Assembly: GCA_965202585.1 (NCBI GenBank)
Contig: OZ241830.1
Coordinates: 9,982,001 to 10,046,000 of the forward strand
Direction of reading: 5' to 3'
Length of the DNA: 64,000 bases
Source of the DNA: Thalia democratica
Lineage: Eukaryota
Both the position numbers and the translations under genes were made by a program. A model generated the notes under the pieces. That model saw only the letters and a list, made by a program, of their open reading frames with translations, was not told where the DNA came from and ran no database searches. Positions 49,056-60,506 of this stretch are shown here, one piece after another. Numbering within the stretch: position 1 is the stretch's first letter; every line of letters starts with the position of its first letter.

Positions 49056-52000
49056 AAATAAAATAAATGCAGCTAATTTGTTTTTGATTAATCGTCCAAA
49101 ACGCTATAGATTTGTCAATAGAGTCAATAGAGTTCCTTTAATAACTAATTAAAATTGTAGTTTGCTATTTTTAATTTTACTTATTTTGAACAGGGTCTTT
49201 GTCAACACTGTTCCTATTTTATTTTGATTAGTTGTTGTATAAGTTATATTGCCTTACAGTTTTTTTTTTTTTTTGAAAACAGCATTTCAAATAAAAAAGG
49301 TTCAAAAGTATTAGTTTAAAATAGATTGAAAATAGTAAATTTTATGTCTAGTATAATAAAACTTTATTTGAGACTTTTACAAATAATAAAATTTTTGTTA
49401 TAATTTAAAAGTGTGCAAGTTCTTATAAATGTACAAAACATAACTGATAATTTACTTTTATTTTTAACAAACTAGTTTTAACAAAGTGCTTATTTTTGCA
49501 GTTTTAGAACGTTTTTACTCAAACACTATATTATTTTAAGCTTTAAAAAAGAAAACAAAACTACTGTAATTTTTATTTTTACTGTCAAAGATTAAATCTT
49601 TTGCTTTCTACAAAATTTTAAGTACTAAAGACATTCAACACTTTTACATTTAAAAACAAAAAGTAAATGTTTTATAACTGTATCATACTTTTTTATACCT
49701 AACTCAATACCTTAGTTGTTTTATATGTAGCTAAATAAGTTAGTTTTTTTTAATATAAGTTTGACCTACAAGGCAGATATATTCTCAAATAAAAACTTGT
49801 TATACATTTCATATTTATATGTGTATTGATTTAAGTCGAACGAGAGAAATTCAATTGGCATTAAATAATCTCAAGAAAAAATCAAATAATTTTTCTTACA
49901 CTTGTTTCTTACCAAAGGTTAAACCTTAATGTCAAAATTTTTAGATCCAAGTCGAAATGAAATTAAAACGCAAGTTTGTTATATAAAATAGAAAAATATA
50001 TATATAATGTTTTTCGTTACTAGGGCAAAAATTATAATTTTATTAATGTTGTTTTGAAACTTTAATTTAAAATCGGCAATTGAGGACTAATTTAAAAATT
50101 GAAGATTTACTTTTATGAAATTTTATTGCCCTTTAAATAAAAAAGTCCAGCAGTTTTTTGAATAAAATATTTATTTTAATAAAATAACATTTATAGCATG
50201 AACTTGTGACCCATAACAGTTTTATTAAATCGATTTATGTAGTGGTATTAAAACTTTTTTATTTTTTTTAGGAATTACTGCGTTTAAATGAAAACGCAAT
50301 ACTTACTTTCTTTTTTTTTTACTAAATTATAAGTAAGAAATGAAATCGTTTTCAGTTTTTTATAATTATTGCTTTCTTTAATTTAATTAAAAAACAATAA
50401 TTTGATATAAAACAAACAAGGTTTACTTTTTCAACATAGTTTTATAAAAAAAATATGTACAACCATTTAAATATCAAGGGTTACTGTTACAAATTTTTTT
50501 AATGACATTTAACTTTAATCTACTTTTTAGTCACGAAATTACCTAAACTCATTACTTGCATTACAATAAGGCAATTGTATTAAAAACAAAAAAGCGTCAC
50601 TAAATTCAAATTAATAAAAAAACTATTTGCTGGGACTTATACTTAATTTACAAATTAACTCAAATTTAAATTACTAAGTTAAAATGTAAGTTGTCTAGTT
50701 TTGTCTACAATGTATAAAAACATAACTAGTTGAAGTTTAAACTTTGCAAAACACACTTGAAAGAACACACATACTATAAATAAATTTAATGTGAAAACAA
50801 TTTATATTGAACAACAATATATTTGAGTTCAATAAAATAAAAATAACTTGTAATGAAAAATTCCCTAATATCATACTATTAAACTCTCAATATACCCTTG
50901 TTCATAAGTTAAAAATGTTTTACTCTGAATTTCTCTTTACTCTACTCACAGTTTTATCAAGCTAATAAAATGCTATCAAGCTAATGAATTTATTCCTATT
51001 TTAGTTATAAAGAATTATAAAGTGCTAGTTTTATAACTATTATTATGGCTTAAAAAACCTAAATATCTACAAAAATGATTTTGTTATAATAAAAACTATA
51101 TATAAAAAAGCGAGTACCATGCATAAAAGTAAAATCTAAATTAAAAAGAAAGTCTTATTTTTCTTTAAAAACAACACAAGTATGTTATACTGTTTTCCTA
51201 AATAAAAATACTTTTTTTTAATTTCGTAAATTTACAAATACACAAATTCATTTATAAAACACTAGGTTTTACTAAAACAAATGTTTTGCTGTTCGCTTAG
51301 CTGCTCTTCAGTTAGTTTATTTATTTTAAGTTTACTAAGTCTCATTTTAACAAAAAATACTTCAAAATCAAACTGTCTAGTATCTAATAAATTGTATTTT
51401 ATGTTATCTAAAAAAGCATTAGTTTATTATTTTAAACTTTTTATTAAGCTATATGTAAGTATAATAATTATAAAACTTAAGATTAAATTTATACTATTTG
51501 TAGATCTGAAAACTATTTTAACAAGAACTTTATTATGTAGTTAATAAAACGCCTTTGTAAACAAACAAAAAAAAATTAAGATTTAGTCAATTCTAAATAG
51601 GTAGTATTTAGAAAAAATCTATACAAACCAATCAACATACTCTGACCATTGCGAATAAATTTGACAGTAAAAATATTTATTTTTAGCAAAAATCAAGTTT
51701 GAATATGACTAATCGAAAGACTATTGTTACGTCATACTTAAAACGCATACAGAGAGTCATAAAGAAAACTGAAAACGTAGCGCACAGTGATTAAACGTTT
51801 TTGCATTTTAATAATGTATTTTAGCATTCATACTTTAGGTAATTAAACTATTCTATCAATATAGCTCTCGTTTGATTTAATTGAAAATATCGTGTTTTAA
51901 TAAAATTGAGTATTTTATAAGTTTAAAATATTTTAAAACATTTTTTTGTCTATAAAAATACGCTTAACTTACAAAAGTTCTTTTTATTTTTTAACATATT

Positions 52001-54119
52001 GCTTTGCTAGTTTAATTTTTGTAAATGCATTTAATTCTGTTTAAGACATGGTAGACTGAAAATTTCTTAATCTATGTTTATTTATTTCAAGTTTTTTTTT
52101 TCTAATTACTAAAATTACATTCTGTATTGTTTCTAGGCAGTACAAAGTTTGAGTTGTAAACAATTAAATAAAAAATTACTAGTTGAAACGTTTTAAAGAA
52201 AAGTGTGAATAAACAAGTATTTACTTTAGTTAAATTTACAACAAAAAACTTTTAACATTTCTACAGTTTTAAACTATTATATTTATCGGTTTAGGCTAAG
52301 GTTATTAAACCTTATATACTTAACTTTTTTTTTTAATATTTAAAAAAATTATTATTTTGTTAATTATAATGAGCTTAATAAAAGTTATTATATGTTACAG
52401 ACAGCTTTAAACAGTTTAGGTATTTTAGTCAAAGTTAGTTATTAATTTTTTAAATTTAGTTATTAAGTTGTAACTAATTTGGAAAAAAAAACAAACAGGA
52501 CCATTTGACTTCAGGCTTTTAAAAGAAACTTAATCAAAGTTAATAAAAATCACAATGTTTAAGTTAATTTTTTCCTCATTTAAAGTGGTTTGTACGTATT
52601 TGATTTCTATTCAGAATTTATTTTTTTTTACGTGTAAATATATATATTGATATATCAACTATTAATATATATTTGTAAATCTATGAACTTAAACATTTTT
52701 AAAATTAAATTATTTAATTCTGAAATTAAAACCCTTTAACTTTACAAATTATATATATTTGTTTAGTTATTTCAAATTTATTTTGAACCACCACCACTTG
52801 AAATACTAATATTTTTTCTCGTTTATTAGCTTTTGTAATATCTTATTGTTGTGATTAAACAACATTGAAATAACAAAATGTATTACTTAAGCCTTTCAAA
52901 ATTGTAATAAAATAAATTTACTAAAATGTTTTAAATTTCAAAAGTTTCACCAACGAAGAAGTGTATGATGATGAAAATTATAAGTTTGTTTGATTAGTTT
53001 TAATTTCATACACTTACGAAATCATTATAAATACTTAAACTTCAAAAGAATAGAAAAGTAATTCAAACTTTTCTATACTGATATAATACTATTAAAATAT
53101 AAAATTAAGTATTTTTAGAATTAGTCTAAACTTTAAGATTAAATTTAAAAAAAAAATCATTCAAAATCTTTCGTTTAGGGCAACGTATGGCCCAGCAACA
53201 GAAATATTTGATCAGCAATGTATTTATTAAAAACAACATGTCAAAATTGAATATTTTTGGAATTTTAGAGCAATAAATTTTAAAACGTGCTGTTCCTTAG
53301 ATGTTTAGTACCAGTAGTTCTTACTAAACTTTTATGTTGATTAAACTTGTGTAGAATTTTTATTTTTCTAATAACATATCTTTCAAAAAAACTTAACGAT
53401 TTTTAAAAGTAAGAAAAATATTTCTAATAACAAAATAATTCTGTGGTGGTTTTGGCAAAAATAAAAGTTTACCAACCGTAGTTTAAAATGTTAATCAAAC
53501 TAAGTAATGTGGTTTATTGAACAAAAACGAAAAATTTCTCGAAATTTTTTGGTTCAAGAACCTGGATACACAAAAAGACCTCTCGATCATCGAGTTGCAG
53601 AACTTAAAAAAATAACGATACAGTAAAAGTTAAAATTCTCAGTAGCTCACATTACTTTTTTTTTAGTTAGCTGAAACAAATGTAAGCTAATTCTTCTAGT
53701 GTGTTTAAAGATCTAAACTGTTGTAGAATTATACAGCTTTAGAGGAGTAATTACATTACTAGTTTGCATATATCAAAATTTTATAAATGTTTGTCTAAGC
53801 TTTTTTCATGTTAGTTTTAATTTTAGTTTAATTAAAGTTTTTTTTTTTTGATTTATCTTTAATATGTTTGGGTAAGGTTATTTGAGAATGAGTGATAGAC
53901 AAAAAGAACATGAGTCAAAAATAGTTTTGATACATGCAAATTAGTTGCAAATTTACTAGCTTCTCATAATTTGACGCAATATTAAAACTTTTTAAATTTT
54001 CAAAAGCATAATCAAAATTTGAAATATTGATAAAGTAAACAATAAGAAAAAACTTATTGTTTATTTTATAAAAACTACTTATCTAATTAAGATTTAGTTA
54101 AGTATAAACCGACAAAAAT

Positions 54120-55299
54120 GGGAGCGGGTCACTTTTGCACGAGCGTCACTTTTGCACGAAGACACTTTTGCACGAGGGGACACTTTTGCTCGAGCGTCAC
54201 TTTTGCACGAAGGGTCACTTTTGCACGAGGGGGAACTTTTGCACGGCGACTGTTTTGCACGAGGGTCACTTTTGCACGAGGGAACACTTTTGCACGGCGA
54301 CTCTTTTGCACGGAGGGTCACTTTTGCGCGAGGTGACACTTTTGCACGGCGACTCTTTTGCACGGCGACATTTTTTCACAATGACAATTTTTTACGGCAG
54401 CATTGTTGCACAACTTCACATTTTTACGATGAAATTTTTGCCCAGCGACATTTTGGCACGATGAGTTTTTTGCACAGAAAATAAATGTTTCATGCAAGCC
54501 GATTAAAAGTATATTAGCTACTACCAAATCTGTAACATAAAAAGAAACTGAAAACTAAAATTTTATAATATACTTTAAACATTTTCATAAACTAATTAAA
54601 AAATGTAGTTAATTTTATTAAAAATATTTAAAATAAACCTTTTTAAAAGTACTTGATTTAAGCCTAATAAAACTTTTTAGCACTAACTATAAATTAGCTA
54701 AATGTTCTGAATTTTTTTTATTCACATTTCAAAAACAGTTGTAATACTCAACAAAAACTAAAATACTTGCATAAGTTTTTAGAAACTCACATTAAGCTTT
54801 GAAAGTTTTTACTCGGGAAAAAACTCTTGTTTCAAATGACGAAAATTATTTTTTTTTATAAAAGGTTCATACCAGGGACAAAAAAGCTAATTTGTTTAGA
54901 AACTAGGATAAAAATTACTAAAAGTGTTAGTAAGTTGTTCTAGTTTCTTTTGCTTCAACAACTATGCCTTTTTATATATTTTACTATACGGTTACAAGTT
55001 TATTGTTTATATGATGAACCTAGGCATCAAAACCTAGACCACTTAAATTGGAAGACACATCAAAAAAAAATAAAATAACACATATAGTTTATTTATTATA
55101 AGAAAGATAAAAACATAATTTGATATAAAATATATAGGTCAACAAAAAAAGCAAAGTCTTAACCACAAACTTAAATTTATTTAGGCTTTGATGTAGAATG
55201 ATCAACATTGTGCAAAAGTGACCCTCCGTGCAAAAGAGTCGCCGTGCAAAAATGTCCCCTCGTGCAAAAGTGACGCTCGTGCAAAAGTGACACCCACCC
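54120..55299. mobile_element. non-autonomous Mutator-like (MULE) element with TIRs built of tandem TTTTGCACG units
   Basis: left end GGGAGCGGGTCACTTTTGCACGAGCGTCAC; right end reverse complement GGGTGGGTGTCACTTTTGCACGAGCGTCAC; exact 9-bp TSD GACAAAAAT (54111-54119 and 55300-55308). Confidence 0.85.
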
Positions 55300-56097
55300 G
55301 ACAAAAATACCCAGGTGTTGGTTGATTATAGGTATAGGAGTATTATACTGAAGGTTTAAAAATAAAGAAATACTTTTTTGAAGTAATTACAATACTATTA
55401 AAAAAAAATTAAAAAAGTTTTATTCAAGTTTAATGGTTTTAAAGAAGTTCAGTTTATTTAAAAATAAATTTTAAGTTAATACAATCATTAATTTTTTTAA
55501 ACTTTTTGATCATATTAAACTTATAAAAGAAAACAAAGAACTCCAAGCTTAGGCTTAAAGTTGCAAAAAAAAAGTCTGAATGACATTTCGTTTATTAAAC
55601 TGTTTTAAGTTTACAAAAGTGAGAATTTTTTCTTTTGATATTATGCTGTAATAAAAAGAAAGTTACCGCATCTCTTAAAAATAAAAAGACATCTCATAAC
55701 TGCTACTAAAAACAAAATCCTGTGTAATACGTAATAATGTCAAAGTTAACAAGTAAACCTTCACTAAACTACCAAAATAAACTGCTGTGAACAAACCCAA
55801 CAACTTCTATGTACTATTATGAGTGTACAGGAGTATTGAATCAAACTATAGTTAAAAATGAAATTAAACTCATTAAAAACATCAATGTAATACACTGACG
55901 TAATAATGAAGTCTTCTCTGCTTCACTTTTGATTTTATACTGTCGCTCCATAGTAAAGTGACATTAATTATTCAAAAACTTCAACTGAATTAAGTTTGAT
56001 TTATTAATTTTTATCATGAAATGGAAAGTCCTTGGTTTTTAACGCTGTTTTTCCTTTAAAAAGCTTTAAAAAACTAATCTTCACTTAAGGTTCTACA

Positions 56098-56377
56098 AAT
56101 ACTTTAAACATTTTCATAAACTAATTTAAAAATGTAGTCAATTTTATTAAAAATTCTAAAATAAAAATTTAAAAAGTATTTGACTTAAGCATAATAAAAC
56201 ATTTTAGCACTGACTATAAATTAGCTAAACGTTCTGAATTGTTTTATTCACATTTCAAAAACATTTGTAATACTCAACAAAAACTAAAATACTTTCATAA
56301 GTTTTTAGAAACTCACATTTTTTAAGCTTTGAAAGTTTTTACTCGGGAAAAAACTCTTGTTTAAAATGACGAAAATT
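56098..56377. repeat. ~280-nt segment duplicated inside the MULE (54570-54847)
   Basis: direct near-identical repeat from TACTTTAAACATTTTCATAAAC to TTACTCGGGAAAAAACTCTTGTT...ATGACGAAAATT. Confidence 0.85.
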
Positions 56378-59300
56378 TTGCAAGTCATTATAGATGAAAA
56401 TTAAGATAAAGTAAACGTTTAAACTACTAGAGGAAAAATTCAATAAAATATTTAAAGCTCTAGGTAAAAAAGTATATATATATTTTTTTTTCAAATAAAT
56501 GTTAGTAAATTCTATCTTTCATAACATAAACATACTGGGTTTTCTATATATAGATTAGCTTTTAATTTTACTTAAAATTTATTTTTGACACTAAACTTCC
56601 TTAATTAAAGTTAAATCTTAATTTCAAAACTATACCTACAAACTATAAAGATTTACTTTCAGTAACTTTAATATGATTTAAAAGCCTTTTTTGTTCTTAC
56701 TCTTTCTAGCGAAATTTATGTTTAGTATGTAGTTACTAGTTTTACTTCAAAGTTGGTTGAAAATACTTTAATAAAAAATAACAAAATGACTTTTTTTTTT
56801 TAAGTTGTACATGTAAACTCTGATTCTTTTTACTTTTACTTCCATTTCTTGTTATTCTGCAGGTGTACATATAAACTTTTTGTCAGCCATAACCTTTTTT
56901 CTTACTTATGTTTGAGATTTGTAGCTACCAATCTACTTTTATTTAAGCTTTTTTGTTTCTACTTTGTTCATCGAACCATAGCTTTATATATTTGCATTTG
57001 TTTTTATAATTAGAAATTTAGTAACACTAGTAATAGGATTTTTTTGAGAGTAAAAACAAACTTAACCTTAAAACTTTTTTTTTGTTAAAAAAAAACTAAT
57101 TCTTTTATAATTAAAAACACAAGCCTGTTTCTTAATGTGTACAAAACCGAAAATACAACACTTTTTTCACATTAAGCCAGATTTTGATGTTTTAGACAAA
57201 ATAAAAATAACATCAAAGGCATGATTTCTGCTTTTGTTTGAACACAGTGAGTTTTGAAAACAACATATGTGGTGTTTTACTCACCTACATCAGAAACCCC
57301 TTAAAATCAATACGACCACAAAGAGATTTTCGTCGGCAAATATTAACAGAGTAAAAGGGCAAAAAGTCACTGAGATGTTTTATTAAAAAGTATATAAACG
57401 TATATTTAATTTTATGAAAAGGTCACATTGAATTTGTGATAACCAAAATAATAAATTTCCCCTACGAAGTTATAAATCTTTATATTAAAATATTCCATTA
57501 GTTTTGAAAATTTGCATACAAGTATTGGTATTGAACACTCTTGGTTAATATACAAGACTTAACATATTCTTTTAAAATTTAAGTACTTTAGTTTCATTAA
57601 TATTTACTTTAGAATTTTAAACCCTTCAATGGTACTCACTATAGACGCAACTCTATTAAAATATTTTCAAATCAGTTAGTTTAGTTAAAAAGTAGTTTAC
57701 TTTATACTTTAAATAAACAAAATTTCTAAGCCAAAAAATTCAATTCAAAAAATATACTTTGAAAAAACTATTTTTTAACCTACCAATTTCCAAATAAAGA
57801 AAATTCAAAAGATTAAAAGCTAAAAAAGTAAATTTGGAACCAGCGACCAAAACTTTTATTTTTAAACAATATGTGCAGCATTTGCAGCAAAGATAAGTTA
57901 GTTTTAGTTTTCTTTAAGATCGATAAGCCGCAACAGACGTTTTACCGATGAACTTTTTAGAACTTTAATTCAAAACATTGATGTGAGTAAAAATAAGTAA
58001 AACTTTATTTTCGGAAAATAGTATACGACTTATACTTTAAAAAAGATATTACTCGTTGTTTTAATGGAATAGTTATTAAGAGAAATGAGCCAGATATATT
58101 TAGAAATAGCTTAATATAATCTTCAAAGTTTAAAACTTAGATTTTTTAATAATCAATTTAACACAATAAAGGTTTATGTTGAAAAGATAACTTATAAAGT
58201 ACTATTAAATTAGATACTGATTTAAAAAAAATAAAAAAAATTAATTACTATTTTATTCGTCGAAAATGATTTGAGTAATTTTTTAATAGATAATTTCTAT
58301 AGAAATAAACTATTCAAAATTGTTTCAGATGTATAGTAATTTAAATCAAAAACATGACAAGTAAATCTTATTAAACTTAAAGTTTTAAAAAACTAGATAG
58401 TAAGTGTAAGCTAAAAATTTATATTTTTTACCAAACTCACTAGAAAATTTAACTCTTACAAAAACAACGCTGCAAAACTACTTTCGGTATTTAAGTATTG
58501 ATTATGACTTATTAAAAACTAATTCCTTTTCCAATATAGAAAAACTAAAATCTTGTTTGCAGATAAGAAACTTTCTTATAAAATCTATCAAAAATTAATA
58601 GATTTTAATAATTTTTTGGTAGTTAGGCAAATAGTTTAAATAAAGTTATTTAAATTTATTAGAAGTACCGTTTATAATTATGTACTTTTGAAAAGCGTAT
58701 TTTGAAATAATAATTTAGTTTTTAATAGTCAAGTTTAAATAAAACAGTGTTTTTAAATGAAAATACGTAATATTTTTACTACACGTGAACGTTTTATCGC
58801 TTAAAGCTATGTTAAAGTGTCACATTTTTTAGCGGTTTTTGTTGAATTCTTTTCCTATCATTATACACAATTAAGAAAAAGGTAGTAAACATAAAAAGTT
58901 GAAACCATCAAAAGTAAAAGTTGTTTTTTAGATTATTACAAGAAAAATAACGCAAGGTAAAATATTTTTATAACAGATAAAGTGTTTTTAATTGAACAGA
59001 ATGTTAAGAACATTTTCTTTCTCGCTCGAAACTTAAATTTCAAGTTGTGAAGTTTGAAAATTTGTTTTCGAATAGAACGACACTATAAATTTTGTTACAT
59101 AAACGATTCATTTGCTATTTACTTAAAATAAATTACAATATTGTTTTACGCTGTTCAAAACTAATCAAATAAACATTTTGAAAAATTTAAAAGGTTTTTT
59201 GACTAGTTTCATTTGACTTTATGGAACAAAAAATCATTATAATTTGTTAATATTGTTATTTAAATATAATTAATTTTTAGCTTTTATGAATTTTTAAGGT

Positions 59301-60366
59301 TATTTGTTTTGTATATTCTTACAGTTACTACTAAATCACAAAATTAAATGTTAAAGCTTGTTTAGATTAGCTTTTATAATTTAACAAGAGCTCCTCAAGA
59401 ACTTTAAACTGCGTATTTTTGTGAACATTAAATACTTAAAAAATGTAGTCCAAATAATTAAAGAACATCTGATGAATTTATTATATTACGATAAATCAAC
59501 AAATTAATAAAATTTTGAAAAAACTATTAGTTATTTTCAAACAAACCTGTTGAAAATTTTGCAGAATGTAAAGGTTTTAACATTTTAACCTAAATGTAGA
59601 CAAAATCAAATTGTTTAGTGAACTGTTTCTTATCAAAAATAAATTGAGTAAGTTTAAAAAACGAAGCTAAAAAATCTGTAGTATAAAGCATCACTAACTA
59701 GTGATGTTTGTTTTTTATAAGCTCTAGGTGGTTTTAAAAAAATTTGACGTTTTCTGGGAAAAACTTTAAACAAAATTAAGAAGAGAATATAATACAATTT
59801 TTATAAAATAAATTAGCTTTATAAACAAACGATTATACCAGTTAACAAGTCTAAAAAAATTTATTATAAACATTGTTATTAATTTTATTATCTCAATATA
59901 AAAAGATATAATTCTCAATGTGTTTTTAATTGTTTTTAAATTTGCTCAAGAATAGTTTAGTAGTATAATATTTTTCAGCTTTTAATGAATTTTGTTATCT
60001 ACTTACACTGTTTACAAGCAAAATTCATATTTTAACTTAAAATTTATTTTATATTTTAAATCAGTGTGTCTTATTGAATGTTTCAAAAAGTTTACTAAAC
60101 TACAGATTTGTAGTATATAATCTTTTTAAATTTAAAATTTTCCTAAGATTTAAAGATTTTTACCACATACTAAATCAACAAAAAGAAACTAAATATTCAA
60201 ATTGTAACACAAATACTTAAATATTGTACACAGAATTTCTGTCATTGCACAGTTTTATAAAGTTTTGGAACCGCTGCATATAGTTTTGTAAACGTTGTTG
60301 CTATAACAATTATTGAATGGCAACATCACAAAAGTGTCAACATAGCATCATATACTTAGCAACCAA

Positions 60367-60506
60367 TCAGTCATAGTAACGGTTGCCACGCGACCTGTAC
60401 GTATGGGCAACAGGGTGCTTTTGTTTGAGGGGTAATAAGGGGTAGTTGAAATGTTTCCTGCTTCTTATGCAGGTCAGCATAAGTTCAGTGTATGTTAGGT
60501 TGTTTC
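60367..60506 (-). CDS. plakin terminal exon (GNNLTYTELMLTC...RYYD*)
   Basis: ttccaacag acceptor, phase 1, TGA at 60369-60367; absent from the ORF track. Confidence 0.88.

Noticed and set aside
54094-54527. Six overlapping ORFs (RAKVT/ARRHFCT repeats); similar ORFs at 8515-8770 and 55089-55304
   Set aside because: They are translations of the TTTTGCACG tandem units of TIR elements; there is no transposase-like content.
60295-60415. Cluster of RFX X-box-like half sites (GTTGC/GCAAC) plus CCAAT suggesting a promoter
   Set aside because: It overlaps the plakin terminal coding exon and the start of its 3' UTR, which explains the GC content.
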